A stretch of 40,661 nucleotides of DNA, taken from contig NW_021835396.1 in NCBI RefSeq assembly GCF_006345805.1, positions 1-40,661 on the forward strand. Direction: 5' to 3'. The translations under genes were made by a program, and so were the position numbers. This document shows positions 23,930 through 36,340 of the stretch, one piece after another (the first letter of the stretch is position 1; each line of letters starts with the position of its first letter). The DNA comes from Octopus sinensis (taxonomy: Eukaryota). A model generated the notes under the pieces. It had not been told where the DNA came from and made no database searches. It saw only the letters and a program-made list of their open reading frames with translations.

Positions 23930-24135
23930 CGGGTGCTGAAAAGAACCTGGCTTTGGGTGAGAGAAACTACAAGAGGATCGGTTTATTATGATTTTATTCA
24001 GTATATGTTCCTCTCGGATTCACATTTATTGCAGTAGCCCTTTAGTAAACACGGCCTTATGAATTCGAAATGTTCGGCCACCAGCCAGGCTTTTTGCTAT
24101 GCCCTTCAAGCCAGGTACTTTTCAGTGTCCCCACG
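23930..24135. mobile_element. mariner-type MITE
   Basis: TA|CGGGTGCTGAAAAGAACCTGGCTT at the left end and AAGCCAGGTACTTTTCAGTGTCCCC at the right end form imperfect terminal inverted repeats of about 24 bp. The interior is non-coding. Confidence 0.65.
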
Positions 24136-24139
24136 TGTG

Positions 24140-24470
24140 TCACCTAGGGCAAGTCTTTTCTACTATAACCTCGGGCAGACCAAAACCTTCTGAGTGGATT
24201 TGGTAGTCAGAAACTGAAAGAAGTCCATCCTATATGTGTGTGTGTGAGTGTGTGCATCTTTGGGTCTATGTTTGTCCCAACACATCACCACTTGGCAACT
24301 AGTTTTGAAGTGTTTACGTCCCCGTAACTTAGCGGTTCGGCAACAGAAACGACAGAATAAGTACTCGGTTAAAAAAAATAAGTCCTGTGATTGATTCGCT
24401 CGACTAAAACCCTTGAAGGTAGGTGGGGCTCCAACATGGCCGCAGGCAAATAACTGAAACAAGCACAAGA
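24140..24470 (+). mobile_element. SINE family A, 5'-truncated
   Basis: Similarity to 1693-2116. Confidence 0.8.
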
Positions 24471-25681
24471 TAACAATATATTATCTTATATGCTGCGGTC
24501 GCTAATTCCCTTGGTAGTATATTTAAATCATTTCTCTTTCTTATCTATTCAAAGAACTCCCCGTCTGCAAAAAGAAATTGATATTTCTTTTTTTTTGCGA
24601 AAGGGTAGTATTTAGATACATTTTAAATGGGTTCATAGAATTTTGGTATTGATATGCAGAATATTGCTACGAGATAATTCAATTTCAACGTTCTATTCCA
24701 CACATAACGTGTGCACACATATAGAATATGATTTGAATAAATCATTGTTCATTCACTTAACATTGGTCATGTATATAGCTAATGCACATGCATATATATT
24801 TCCAGCATTTGATCATTTCAAATCCACGCTTCTGCACTAATTTTATGCTTAGCTTAGTCTCTATTGAGGCAACAAGAGCTGTCAGTTAAGAAAATAACTT
24901 GGAGCAGAAATTTAGGATGTACATTCAGAGAAGTAAACGCGTTTATCCTTGTTAATAAATGAGTAACAATCTGGAAAGCATTTGATCATTTGTATGGTGG
25001 ACGTAGAATTTATGTTTTTGCTAGAATAACTAACCCGTCGTCACATTGGCATTTAGAAGACTAAGAATTTCTCTATATGTGCTCGATAAATCAGAAAAGT
25101 AAACGGAAATTTATGCATAGTCTTGTTTCTAGAAATTTAGATTACATTGGAGAATCCAATATTGATCGAAGAATAAGCCATTCAGAATATTCTCTACTCA
25201 CTGACGATGAAATTCTTTGGAAACTTAATTCTTTTGAGAAAAATTTCTGACATAGTTCCAGGTAGAATATTCTAATTTTAGAAAAATTGGCACAACTACA
25301 GTGCTTCTGGTTAAATCTGAAAAATACTTTGGTATAATGTATAATACACAGGGAAATCAAGTGGAAAATAATATTGTGTTGAAGAAAATAGGAACCGTAA
25401 CTTTGTTCACTAGAATGATGATAAAAGAAAATAGATCGGGACTGAAGCTACTCTACCGTGGTGGAGACGTTCGTGACGTTATGTCGATGCACGTTTATAT
25501 ATCATTGATCTGTTGCAGATTTTCATGTCGGGTGTTCCATTTTTCGATGAAGAGGAATTTTCTACACAGAGATTTTATAGAGTAAACGGCTGAGTATCCC
25601 ACAGATAGTTTCAATTTTACTAAGCAGAATGAGCGCGGAGCAATGTGTCAAAAGGTTTGATTTCTGATCTACTCATCACAC

Positions 25682-25923
25682 ATTCTGCTGTGTCTGGGGA
25701 GGGTCATTTTCTTTTTGTGCCTTATAATGTAACACACACACCGGTAAAATTTCCACTTATTTCTTATTTTTATTTTCCTAAAATTTCGTTGCATCTTGCA
25801 ACCTTTTCAATAGTCTTGACTCTTAGGAAAATAAAAATAAGAAATAAGTGGAAATTTTACCGGTGTGTGTGTGTTACATTATAAGGCACAAAAAGAAAAT
25901 TACTCTCCCCAGACACAACAGAA
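25682..25923. repeat. Foldback (arms of about 105 bp, loop of about 30 nt)
   Basis: 25682-25790 is the near-perfect reverse complement of about 25819-25923. Confidence 0.9.
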
Positions 25924-26139
25924 TATGCTTCAACACAAGAACTCATATAAAGAATCTTACAAACCAAATTCCAAAAACGAAATATTCATTTTCACTCAAA
26001 AAGGTTGTATCGATACGAAAATAAGGTAGAGGACAATTCCTCAAAGAATTGAGCTCATAAATCTCTCGGTCCATACACAAACACACACACACACATACAG
26101 AAGCGCGCGTGTCCACCAGTATTTACACCTCCCTCATGC

Positions 26140-26330
26140 ATTTTCTACTTGCTTCAGTCATTGAAATGCAGTCATGCTGGTCACCACCTTCAACGCTTTA
26201 GTATGACAAATCAGTATCAGTTCTTATTTTCTAAAGTCTGGTACTTATTCTATCGGGCGCATTTTCAGAATCGCAAAATTACAAGGGTGTAAACAGACCA
26301 ACAACGGCAGGCCGGGTACAGACACAAGCG
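26140..26330 (-). mobile_element. Old diverged SINE family A tail
   Basis: CAGTCATT...CATGCTGG...GTACTTATTCTATCGG...GTAAACAGACC. Confidence 0.55.
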
Positions 26331-26397
26331 CCAAATGCAAACTCTTGAATTATATGTACATGTATATATCTCATTTTATGGATGCACACATATCTCG

Positions 26398-26453
<56 letters not shown>

Positions 26454-26583
26454 TATATATATGTATACACATCGATATATTATAGCTATAAATATATATA
26501 CCATATATATATTATATATATAATATATATATATATAGATATATATATATATAATATATATATATATATAGATATATATATAT

Positions 26584-26634
<51 letters not shown>

Positions 26635-26802
26635 GAAAATAGTAAAAAGTAAAAAAACTACAGAAGGCTTGTTTTAAAAGGTTAAAAAATATATATTTGA
26701 GTTAATATGTCTGAAGAATATTATAAATTTTTTTCTTAAAATGACATAGTTTAGAAGAAAGACCGGTTTCGCGTTTAGCTTTTCAAATTTCTTACGTCGT
26801 TA

Positions 26803-27176
26803 TCTCTCTATATATAAACGGCAGTTTGTCTGTGCGTGTTTCTGTGTGTCTGTTTGCTTGTACCCTCACCCTGACCACGGCTTTCAACCGATTCTGATGA
26901 AACTTGACACACACATAGCCCAACGTCATAATTCAAAACTAACGCAGCGAAAATTTTGAAAAGTTCCCCCAGTTCTGAAAAAAATCGATCAATTCGACAT
27001 GGGGTCGAGAATCAGAAACACGAACCACAAACTGTCTAGGGAACGCAACTCCATCCTTTTTTAACTCTCAAAAAAAAAATTACCATATTTTTTTCCATTT
27101 TTTGGCTATAACTCTCTAAAAATGCTTTATAGTTATTTCCCTTACAAACCTGAGCAACGCCGGGCGATACTGCTAG
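26803..27176 (+). mobile_element. Non-autonomous Helitron-like element
   Basis: Starts A|TCTCTCTATATATAAA, followed by a (CTGT)-like repeat and TTCAACCGATTCTGATGAAACTTG. The 3' end is ACCTGAGCAACGCCGGG...CTAG|T. Confidence 0.8.
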
Positions 27177-27276
27177 TGTTTATATATATATCTTTGTGTG
27201 TGTGTGTCTGAGTGTGCATGTGTGTATGTGTGTGTTTGTGTATACATATATAAGTATATATACCCATAAATAAATA

Positions 27277-28185
27277 CAGGGTGCAATGGGTAAGTTATCG
27301 CATTATTATATTTTTAATTTCGCGGATGTGCAATGTTTTTTTGAGTTTGTCAACTACACCGTATAGTAGGGTCAATTGGGCACAGCCTGTAAGAAAAATA
27401 GCTCCATGTCTCAATTTCCTCAGCCAGGAATTTGGAAACGACATGCTGTACTGCTTGGTATTCGCGCCAAGTGTTTGGGTGTCAATCTGAGGGCAATGCA
27501 ATCTGAGGACATGTAACGAGAGTGATAAAAACTACTTTCCATTGAATATCATGATATTTGGAATGGTCAATAGTGATGAGGACGTTATGCCTCCATTCTC
27601 TCTTCCCATATGGCCTCAGACTCAATACTGAGACCTACATCAAGTACCTGGAGGAGGTAGTGCTATCCTGAGTAAAGAGGGTGGCTACTGGAAGACTATG
27701 TTTGGCAACAGGACTCTGCACGATGCCACTCAAGCAGGAGAACCTAGTCATAGCTACCAGACAATTTCTGCAACCACATCAATACTAATATCTAGCCACC
27801 TAACTCTCAAGCCTCTAACCACCTTGAGCAAGTGTTTTCTACTATAGCCTCGGGCCGACCAAAGCCTTGTGAGTGGATTTGGTAGACGGAAACTGAAAGA
27901 AGCCCGTCATATATATGTGGTGATCCCTGCTGTACTCTTTCACCACTCTGTCTCCCACTCTTTCTTCTGTTGACCTGCTCGCTTAGGCAGCGGGGTGGCG
28001 TCATTCGAAGGCTAAAACAATGTGAACGCATTGTGACCAGCGATGTGTAACAACATCTGATGGTCTGGTCGGTCACGTGATCACGTGATGTGATATACAT
28101 ATTTATTATGTGTGTGGGTCAGTTGAGCGTGAGACCAACAAAACTCCTTGTAACACGAAGTATAAGCTGAAGGCTGCTATAATCG
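27277..28185 (+). mobile_element. Internally deleted DD37D (maT)-like transposon interrupted by SINEs
   Basis: TA|CAGGGTG terminus; N-terminal MSQFPQPGIWKRHAVLLGIRA; catalytic region IFGMVNSDEDVMPP...YVWQQDSARCH...PPNS; SINEs at 27812-28095; frame resumes as YYVCGSVERETNKTPCNTK..LKAAI. Confidence 0.8.
27822..28092 (+). mobile_element. SINE A head fragment joined to a SINE C central segment with a distinct tail ending GTCACGTGATCACGTGAT
   Basis: 27822-27908 matches SINE A. 27917 onward shares GATCCCTGCTGTACTCTTTCACCAC-like sequence with 17035-17065. Confidence 0.6.
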
Positions 28186-28549
28186 GTTTTCCAACGGCTT
28201 TTGTTATTTCAGAAGCTTATCCGCAGTCGCCTCTCGAAGCTCCTTCCAGAATTCGTCATGAGAATTGCGTGAGGTCGGCCATGTCTCAATCTCGTGTGTG
28301 CTGGTACATCCGTAGCACTGCTTCTAAGTTATGTGTTATATGGGCAACTTCCCCTTTTTACCTTCACCTTTTTTTTCTCGCTCTTGATTACCAGCCACCA
28401 GCCTGTTGTTAATTTGGGACCCTAGTGCGTCTATGAGTATAGCTTCCTTAATGCTTAAAATACCCAAATTTCTTTCATTGCCCTAAATTGTGACTGTTAT
28501 CCTAGGGATATCTGAAGAAAGAATTTTATCCCGAAATATCATATCAGCC

Positions 28550-28774
28550 TCTTTTACTCTTTTTTTACTCTTTTACTTGTTTCAGTCATTTGACTGCGGC
28601 CATGCTGGAGCACCGCCTTTAATTGAGCAACTCGACCCCGGGACTTATTCTTTTGTAAGCCCAGTACTTATTCTATCGGTCGTTTTTGCCGAACCGCTAA
28701 GTAACGGGGACATAAACACACCAGCATCGGTTGTCAAGCAATGCTAGGGGGACAAACACACACACAAACCACAC

Positions 28775-28826
<52 letters not shown>

Positions 28827-28989
28827 CGACGGGCTTCTTTCAGTTTCCGTCTACCAACTCCACTCACAAGGCTTTGGTCGGCCCGAGGCTATAGTAGATG
28901 ACACTTGCCCAAGATGCCACACAGTGGGACTGAACCCGTAACCATGTGGTTGGTAAACAAGCTACTTACCACACAGCCACTCCTGCGCC
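28550..28989 (-). mobile_element. SINE family A, full length, low divergence
   Basis: Reverse complement of 1693-2116 from the GAGTAAAA tail to the CTCCTGCGCC head. Confidence 0.9.
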
Positions 28990-29139
28990 TATGGATGATT
29001 AAATTACAACAGTTATTATGGTCCATTATTCTTATTATGCTGCATTGTTGTGCCATGCAAAATATTTTATTCTTTATAAATAACACACAATACTTCAAGC
29101 GAAGTACAATACTCTCATATATATATATACATATATATT

Positions 29140-29530
29140 CTTTTACTCTTTTACTCTGGGGCACCACCTTTAGTCGAGCAAATCGACCCCAGGACTTATT
29201 CTTTGTAAGCCTAGTACTTATTCTATTGGTCTCTTTTGCCGAACCGCTAAGTTATGGGGACGTAAACACACCAGCATCGGTTGTCAAGCGATGTTGGGGG
29301 CACAAACACAGACGCACAAACGTATACACACACACACACACACAATAATACATAAATATACATATATTTGACGGGCTTCTTTCAGTTTCCGTCTACCAAA
29401 TCCACCCACAAGGCTTTGGTCGGCCCGAGGCTATAGTAGAAAACACTTGCTCAAGGTGCCACGCAGAGGGACTGACCGAAACCATGTGTTTTGTAAGCAA
29501 GCTACTTACCACACAGCCACTCCTACGCCT
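29140..29530 (-). mobile_element. SINE family A, near full length
   Basis: As above. Confidence 0.88.
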
Positions 29531-29542
29531 ATATATATAATA

Positions 29543-29589
<47 letters not shown>

Positions 29590-30159
29590 ATATATACATA
29601 CGTATATACGGACAGACAGACTGACTGACATATAGATGGATAAAATTGAGATCTGCTGAATAGATCGATCAGATCAAATTGAATCACGCCACTTATGATG
29701 CCTAGACAGTATGAGACAAATCGTCACATTAAACAAATCCATTCAGTTAGTGAGTGTTAGTTGCATCGATGAAAGACTGTTCACCGCCATTTATTATCCA
29801 CCAAATTCCCGAGTAACCGATGTTAAGTGGAAATTTAAGCGTGGCGTAATATTATAATAAAACTGTCGAATGGATTTCATAGTATATCATACAAACTTCT
29901 TAAGTGCATTACGTAAGGAAAATTAATTAGTTTTAGGACTAATTATATGTAATTAAACCAGTTCAAAACTTTGAAATCATTATATTATAGCAACACTATT
30001 TATGCTATCAACGTTATATCCTTTCAACATTCTCGAATTCTCATTATAGTCTCTCTATAGTTTTAATTATTTCGCTCTCCTCACCCATGCCATGCGATGC
30101 TTTGTATATTACCGACTGCTTAAAATGGAGTCACACACAGTATATACATTCTTTCTATT

Positions 30160-30365
30160 ATTCTTTTAATTGTTTCAGTTATTTGACTGCGGCCATGCTA
30201 GAACACCGCCTTTGGTCGAGCAAATCGACACCAGGACTTATTCCTTGTAAGCCTAGTAGTTATTCTATAGGATTCGTTTGCTGAACCTCTAAGTCACGAG
30301 GACTTAGACACACCAGCATTGGTTGTCAAGCGATGTTGGGAGGGGGGGGACAAACACAGACACAC
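30160..30365 (-). mobile_element. SINE family A tail half
   Basis: As above. Confidence 0.8.
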
Positions 30366-30660
30366 AAATATACTACATACATACATACCTATATATGTAT
30401 ATTATACATATATATACATATATTATATACATATATATGTATATATATATGTATGTATATATATGTATATATATTATATATATATATATATAATATATAT
30501 ATATATATACACATATATACATACATACGTATATATATATATGTAATTTCAGCAAAACAATGAAGATTCAAGTGATTCCAATGAATTCAAATGAATATGG
30601 TACTTAACTTAGATGCACCAGAATTCTTTATGGTATTACCATAAAATAATGTGGGGTGAT

Positions 30661-31935
30661 TATAACCAAGAAAAGAGCAACAAGAATGGATTAGTAGTTT
30701 AGTACAATTGTTTCATGCTAAGAACAATTTTATTTAAAGCTGCAAATATTGCAGCAAATACAAATGTCCAGTATTCATCAGCTAAATCACATATATCTTT
30801 CCCAGATATCCTAGAGAATGTCACTATCCTCATGAAGTATTAGGAGTGAGTTTTATAAAATTTAAAGTCAAATTATAAGCAGACTTAAAATGCTTTCTAA
30901 TGATGCACAGTTTTATAAAAAGTTTTTAAAAAGATTGTTAACTTCCCAGAGAAGGTGAATCCATCCATAAAAATGAAGATATATTTTCCGGAGACATGAG
31001 TAAAGCTGTTGATCACATAGCGGTTCATTTCACAACTAAACTGTTGCAAACAGAATCTGGTTGTAGTAGTAAGAAAGTCAACGAAGCAGATTCAGCCCAA
31101 ATAAAGGGCATTATGGGAGGAAGGGAGTAGGGGAGTAAGAAGGCATGAATATACCACAGAAAAAGGTTAGTTTATTTCTGTGGTGACAGAAAATCTAGGT
31201 CAGTGTTGAAGGAATCTTAGATTTATAAAAGTTTGACCAACACCAGCTATGAACTGAGACACTCCTAGAGTTAATGGTAGGATAAAGAATACAGAGAGAA
31301 CAAAGGAAAACATTAAAGGGGTCAAAGGCCATCAGTAGAGGAAGATACAATAAGAAAGTTATGGGTAACACTAGAATAGAAGGTTATTTATTTATTATTG
31401 TTTCTAATTTAACTTATGTTTATATATTGTAAGAAAGAATTTAGGTCAACATCTAGAGGTCAAATAAATTCAATAGTAAATGGTGGGAGAATTTTACTTA
31501 TTCAAAGTATATAGTGAAAATTACTTGTATCCTTAAGGGAATAGTATTATTTATTAACTTTAGAATAGAAATAGGAAATATTATCAAATTTATATGATTT
31601 AAGTTAGGTTAGTCAAATTGACTGTGTGTGGATGAATTCACCTTCTCTGGGAAGTTAACAATATTTTAAAAAACTTTTTATAAAACTGTGCATCATTAGA
31701 AAGCATTTTAAGTCTGCTTATAATTTGACTTTAAATTCCATAAAACTCACTCGTAATATTTCATGAGGATAGTCACACTCTCTAGGATGTCTGGATAACA
31801 TATATGTGATAACATATATGTGATGAATACTGGACATTTGTATTTGCTGCAATATTTGCAGCTTTAAATAAAATTGTTCTTAGTATGAAACAATTGTACT
31901 AAACTACTAATCCATTCTTGTTGCTCTTTTCTTGG

Positions 31936-31940
<5 letters not shown>
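30661..31940. mobile_element. Non-autonomous DNA-transposon-like element with TIRs of about 300 bp
   Basis: 30661-30966 is the reverse complement of 31629-31940 (TATAACCAAGAAAAGAGC.../...GCTCTTTTCTTGGTTATA). TA dinucleotide at both ends; no recognisable ORF inside. Confidence 0.8.
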
Positions 31941-31972
<32 letters not shown>

Positions 31973-32073
31973 GTAGCATTTTCTACCTTATCTTATTTTC
32001 CTTATACATATGAACTCGCGTGTTCATCTTTAACCTCTACGCACACACGTACACGTACGCATACACACATATG

Positions 32074-32250
<177 letters not shown>

Positions 32251-32724
32251 ATCAACCGGCCTCTTATTCAACATAACTTTGGCGTATGATTTATGCTTAT
32301 GCTTGTTTAAATGATAATTGCCCTAAAAACAGGGAAACATGAGTTATGTTGCTATCTTCCTAAATGTGTACTTGTCTCCAAAATGTAAAGCCCTGAATTA
32401 CAAACCATTTGTTACTTCAATTTTCTGAGACTGATTTGATAAAGACCCGAAATAATAACAAGATCAAAAATATAATTGCATAACAAATTTAGGAAGTTTT
32501 GTTTAAATCAAATCTGTTTATCGTACATGAAAGTAATCTTGTATAATTTACTAGTCTTACAACTAATCAGGTTATATTATTGTACCAAACAACATATATA
32601 CATACACAAGTATAGACATAAATACATATAATTATATATATACATACATGAATATATATATATATATCTACATATATGCACGCTTGTATGCACGTGTATG
32701 TGTAGAGTTGTATTCACGCAGACG

Positions 32725-32797
<73 letters not shown>

Positions 32798-33165
32798 GAA
32801 TATATTATATATATTATATATATTTATATATTTATATATTTTTTTATTTTTTATTATTATTATTTATTTTTTATTTTTTATTTTGTATTTTTATTTTTAT
32901 TTTTTATTTTTTATTTTTTTTTTTATTTATTCTCCTATCTAATTTAACACTGACTCCTTGACCACTCCCCCAAGTATGATTTTTTGCGCTATGCCTACCC
33001 CCAAAAAGTCCCCCACCCAACCCCCTTTAAACCTGCCTAAATGTATAAATGCCAATACAATTCGTGTTAACTAGCTTCCTGAAGATTTATCTTGAATGAA
33101 ACAGTTCTAGTCCTGTAGAAGCTCCTTCTATATAATAAATATATATATATATATATATATATATT

Positions 33166-34292
33166 CAGGGTGCGTAATGTATTTGAGAGCATATTTTTAC
33201 TAGGCCCTTTGCTGCATTTTTTGCTAACAGTGTATAAACTTTCTTTCTGAAAATAATGATGATAGACAATCAGCTTATTCAAGAAATGAAGAGGCATGCT
33301 GTTATAGTGGTTATAAAGGCTGAGCATAGCGATTTAGAAATATCTCGATTTTTGAAAGTTACCACATCTTTCGTCCACAAAGTTTGTAAAGAGCTAGAGA
33401 CTGAAGATGGAAACGTATCACCAGTGTCAAAGCATAGATAACATTCTAAACGCTCTGAAATCATCAGAACAACTTATTCTATCAAGCAAGGTCAACAAAC
33501 CATTGATTACAATCCCAGCAGGCCCATGAGGTCAATTTCAAAAGATCTCCATGTGTCAGAAGGAACAGTCAGAAATGTTGCCCACGAAGACTTCAGATAT
33601 AAGTTTTATATTATGAGGAAAGGTCAATTTGTCAGAGAAAGCACAAAAAATAAAAAATCACTACACCCGATCTAAAAGGCTCTTAAAAAAACTGAAAACT
33701 CCAGCAGAGGAAGATTTGACTTGTTTTTTCCTCAAACGAGAACGTTAACAGAATAAGTGACAGATGGTTATGTGCAAACCCTTCTGAAATTCCAAGTGCT
33801 ATGCATACAAAATTTCCTGCAACTGTCATAGTTTTAGGTGTTGTCAGCAATGAAAGCCATGTGATGCCTCCTTACTTCTTTTTACAAGGCCTTAGAGTTA
33901 ACTCTGCCGCCTACATTGAGCTCCGGGAAATAATTGTTAAGTCCTGGATAGACAACGTATGCAATGGAAGGCCATATATGTTTCAGTAAGATTCTACACT
34001 ATCACACGTGGTTCTAGTAACAGAGGAATGGATGGCTGAAAATTTTCATTACCAAATAACCCCTAACATTTAGCTATGTAATTCCCCAGATCTAAATCCA
34101 TTGGACTATTAAATGCGGAGCGTTGTTGAGAGAGAGGTCAATAAACACGCCCATAACACCAAAGATTCTTTGAAAGCTACTATAGTCAGAGTAATGTCAA
34201 AAATGAACCAGGACCACTTGATTCGAACATGTAGATGATTTAGATCTCATATAGAAGCTGTTATTGAAGTTGAAAGTGGTTTTATTGAATAA
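33166..34292 (+). pseudogene. Near full-length decayed DD37D (maT family) transposase
   Basis: CAGGGTG terminus; QEMKRHAVIVVIKAEHSDLEISRFLKV; MHTKFPATVIVLGVVSNESHVMPPYFF; FQ*DSTLSH...NSPDLNPLDY with 37 residues between the second and third Asp. Ends FIE*. Several stops and frameshifts. Confidence 0.9.
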
Positions 34293-34364
34293 CTTTATAG
34301 AAAAGAATTTTTTTTTATCCTCATATGATTTTTTGATAAATTATTACCTGTTATTATATATCTG

Positions 34365-34503
34365 GTTTCAGTTTCCGTCTACCAAATCCACTCACAAGGC
34401 ATTCGTCGGCCCGGGGCTATAGCAGAAGACACTTGCCCAAGATGCCACGCAGTGGGACTGAACCCGGAACCATGTGGTTGGTTAGCAAGCTACTTACCAC
34501 ACA
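34365..34503 (-). mobile_element. SINE family A head half
   Basis: TTTCAGTTTCCGTCTACC...GCTACTTACCACAC. Confidence 0.85.
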
Positions 34504-35179
34504 AATATATATGTATGTGTGTAAGTGTTTGCATACCACATCATTGACCTATACAATTGCTCTTGAGTAACGATGGGTTTTCTGACGCTGGCACCATTCA
34601 GTTTTTCATGTCAGTTCTAATTCATTACTTTCTTGCACTTTTCGTTCGCTTTCTCTCTTTCTGCTGCTGACACAACACCTTGTTTCGCCTTCCCTTTCTT
34701 TCTCCCTCCGTCCCTCCCTCCCTCACAATCATGCTTCTACCGTAAATTTATCGCACGTGACATTTGTCTTTTATATTCAATATTTGCAATTCCTCCCGTA
34801 CACAATCGTTGTTGCTTGAAGAGGATTTTGTAACGAAACTATTTACATTCTCTTAACTAAATAACTATAAAACATTTTGCATTTTAAATGCAGTATCTTC
34901 TAATATTTAAATTGGGAATCCATTGCCATTTTCGAGCATATTCACACACACACACACACACACACATACACATATGGGAGTATCGGTCTTAATGTGCCTG
35001 TGTATGTACGTACGTATGTACGTACGCACATTTAGATATCTATATATACGTGAATAGATGGTTTTCTGTCTACTGCATACATACATAAAGCATATATACA
35101 TACACGCCTGCACACACACACACACACACACCACACACACACACACATATATATTATATATATATATATATTGTATAAA

Positions 35180-35281
35180 GGGCATTATTACACATAAATG
35201 CCTCACACTAGGAGGGACAAAGTCATTACTACCAATTTCTTGTTAAGATCCCTTATTAAGAGATTATCCTTAATTGTTAAA
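35180..35281. mobile_element. Mini derivative of the family H2 repeat (two pieces of segment A in opposite orientation)
   Basis: GGGCATTATTACACATAAATGCC...ACTACC is fused to the reverse complement of TTTAACAATTAAGGATAA...CAAGAAATT. It sits within (TA)n. Confidence 0.75.
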
Positions 35282-35550
35282 CTTATATATATATATTATA
35301 TATATATATACCTATATATATGTATATATATATATATAATATATATATATATGAACATATATATATATATATACATACATATATATACATATGTATATAC
35401 ATACATACTTATATTGATGTATGTGTACGTATGGATACATCTATGTGTGTGTGTCAATATTTTTACAAAAACACATACAAACAGCTGCATACATGGGTGT
35501 ATGCATCAATTATTATTTATCTATCGATAGGGATATATACATATATATAT

Positions 35551-35627
<77 letters not shown>

Positions 35628-35668
35628 TATATGTGTATATATATATAATATATATATATGTGTGTGTG

Positions 35669-35711
<43 letters not shown>

Positions 35712-36079
35712 TTCTGTGTATACATTTCTGAACTATTGTTCTTACGCGTGAATGTAATGACGCATGTGTGGCGCGTGCAAATGTACCTGTATAACAGTTA
35801 CATATTGCAGTAACATATTTATATAGAAATATCAAAGGAAAACTTTCGCATCGAATATTGAAAATTGTTTTTAAGTAGTTTCCAACCATTAGATAAGGGA
35901 AGTTCGATGCCTCAGTTATATTCAATGTTGGATTCTTAAACTAATTTTAAACTTGAATATAACGAACATTTTCAAAATAATAATGATACAAATCAAATTT
36001 GATGATTTTTATTCATGCCGTCTCAACAAAAATATTTGTATACCAAACATGTTTTTACTACCACTATAATCATTATTAT

Positions 36080-36082
36080 TTT

Positions 36083-36113
<31 letters not shown>

Positions 36114-36142
36114 GCCACTACTACTTCTACTACTACTACTAA
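36080..36142. repeat. (ACT)n microsatellite
   Basis: Direct reading. Confidence 0.9.
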
Positions 36143-36301
36143 AATAACTTGGATCTTCCACAAGATCAAAAACTTGGTAAACAGATCAAATTCGGGATGT
36201 ACTTAAATTACAGTAATTTAAAGCATATTTTACGAGGAGTGTGTATAATATATACATATACATACACATACACACTCACACACACACACACACACGCACA
36301 T

Positions 36302-36340
<39 letters not shown>

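Noticed and set aside
25195-25245. CUGACGA...GAAAC on the plus strand
   Set aside because: No stem II or stem I in the proper register; chance match.
25070-25650. Short open frames (LDYIGESNIDRRISHSEY; IFMSGVPFFDEEEF) as second exons for MAAGSVK
   Set aside because: Phase-compatible but unsupported, and neither product is recognisable.
26025-26075. Minus-strand UAUGA-GCUC-loop-GAG-GAAU-UGUC-CUCU hammerhead-like order
   Set aside because: Needs at least four changes in invariant positions.
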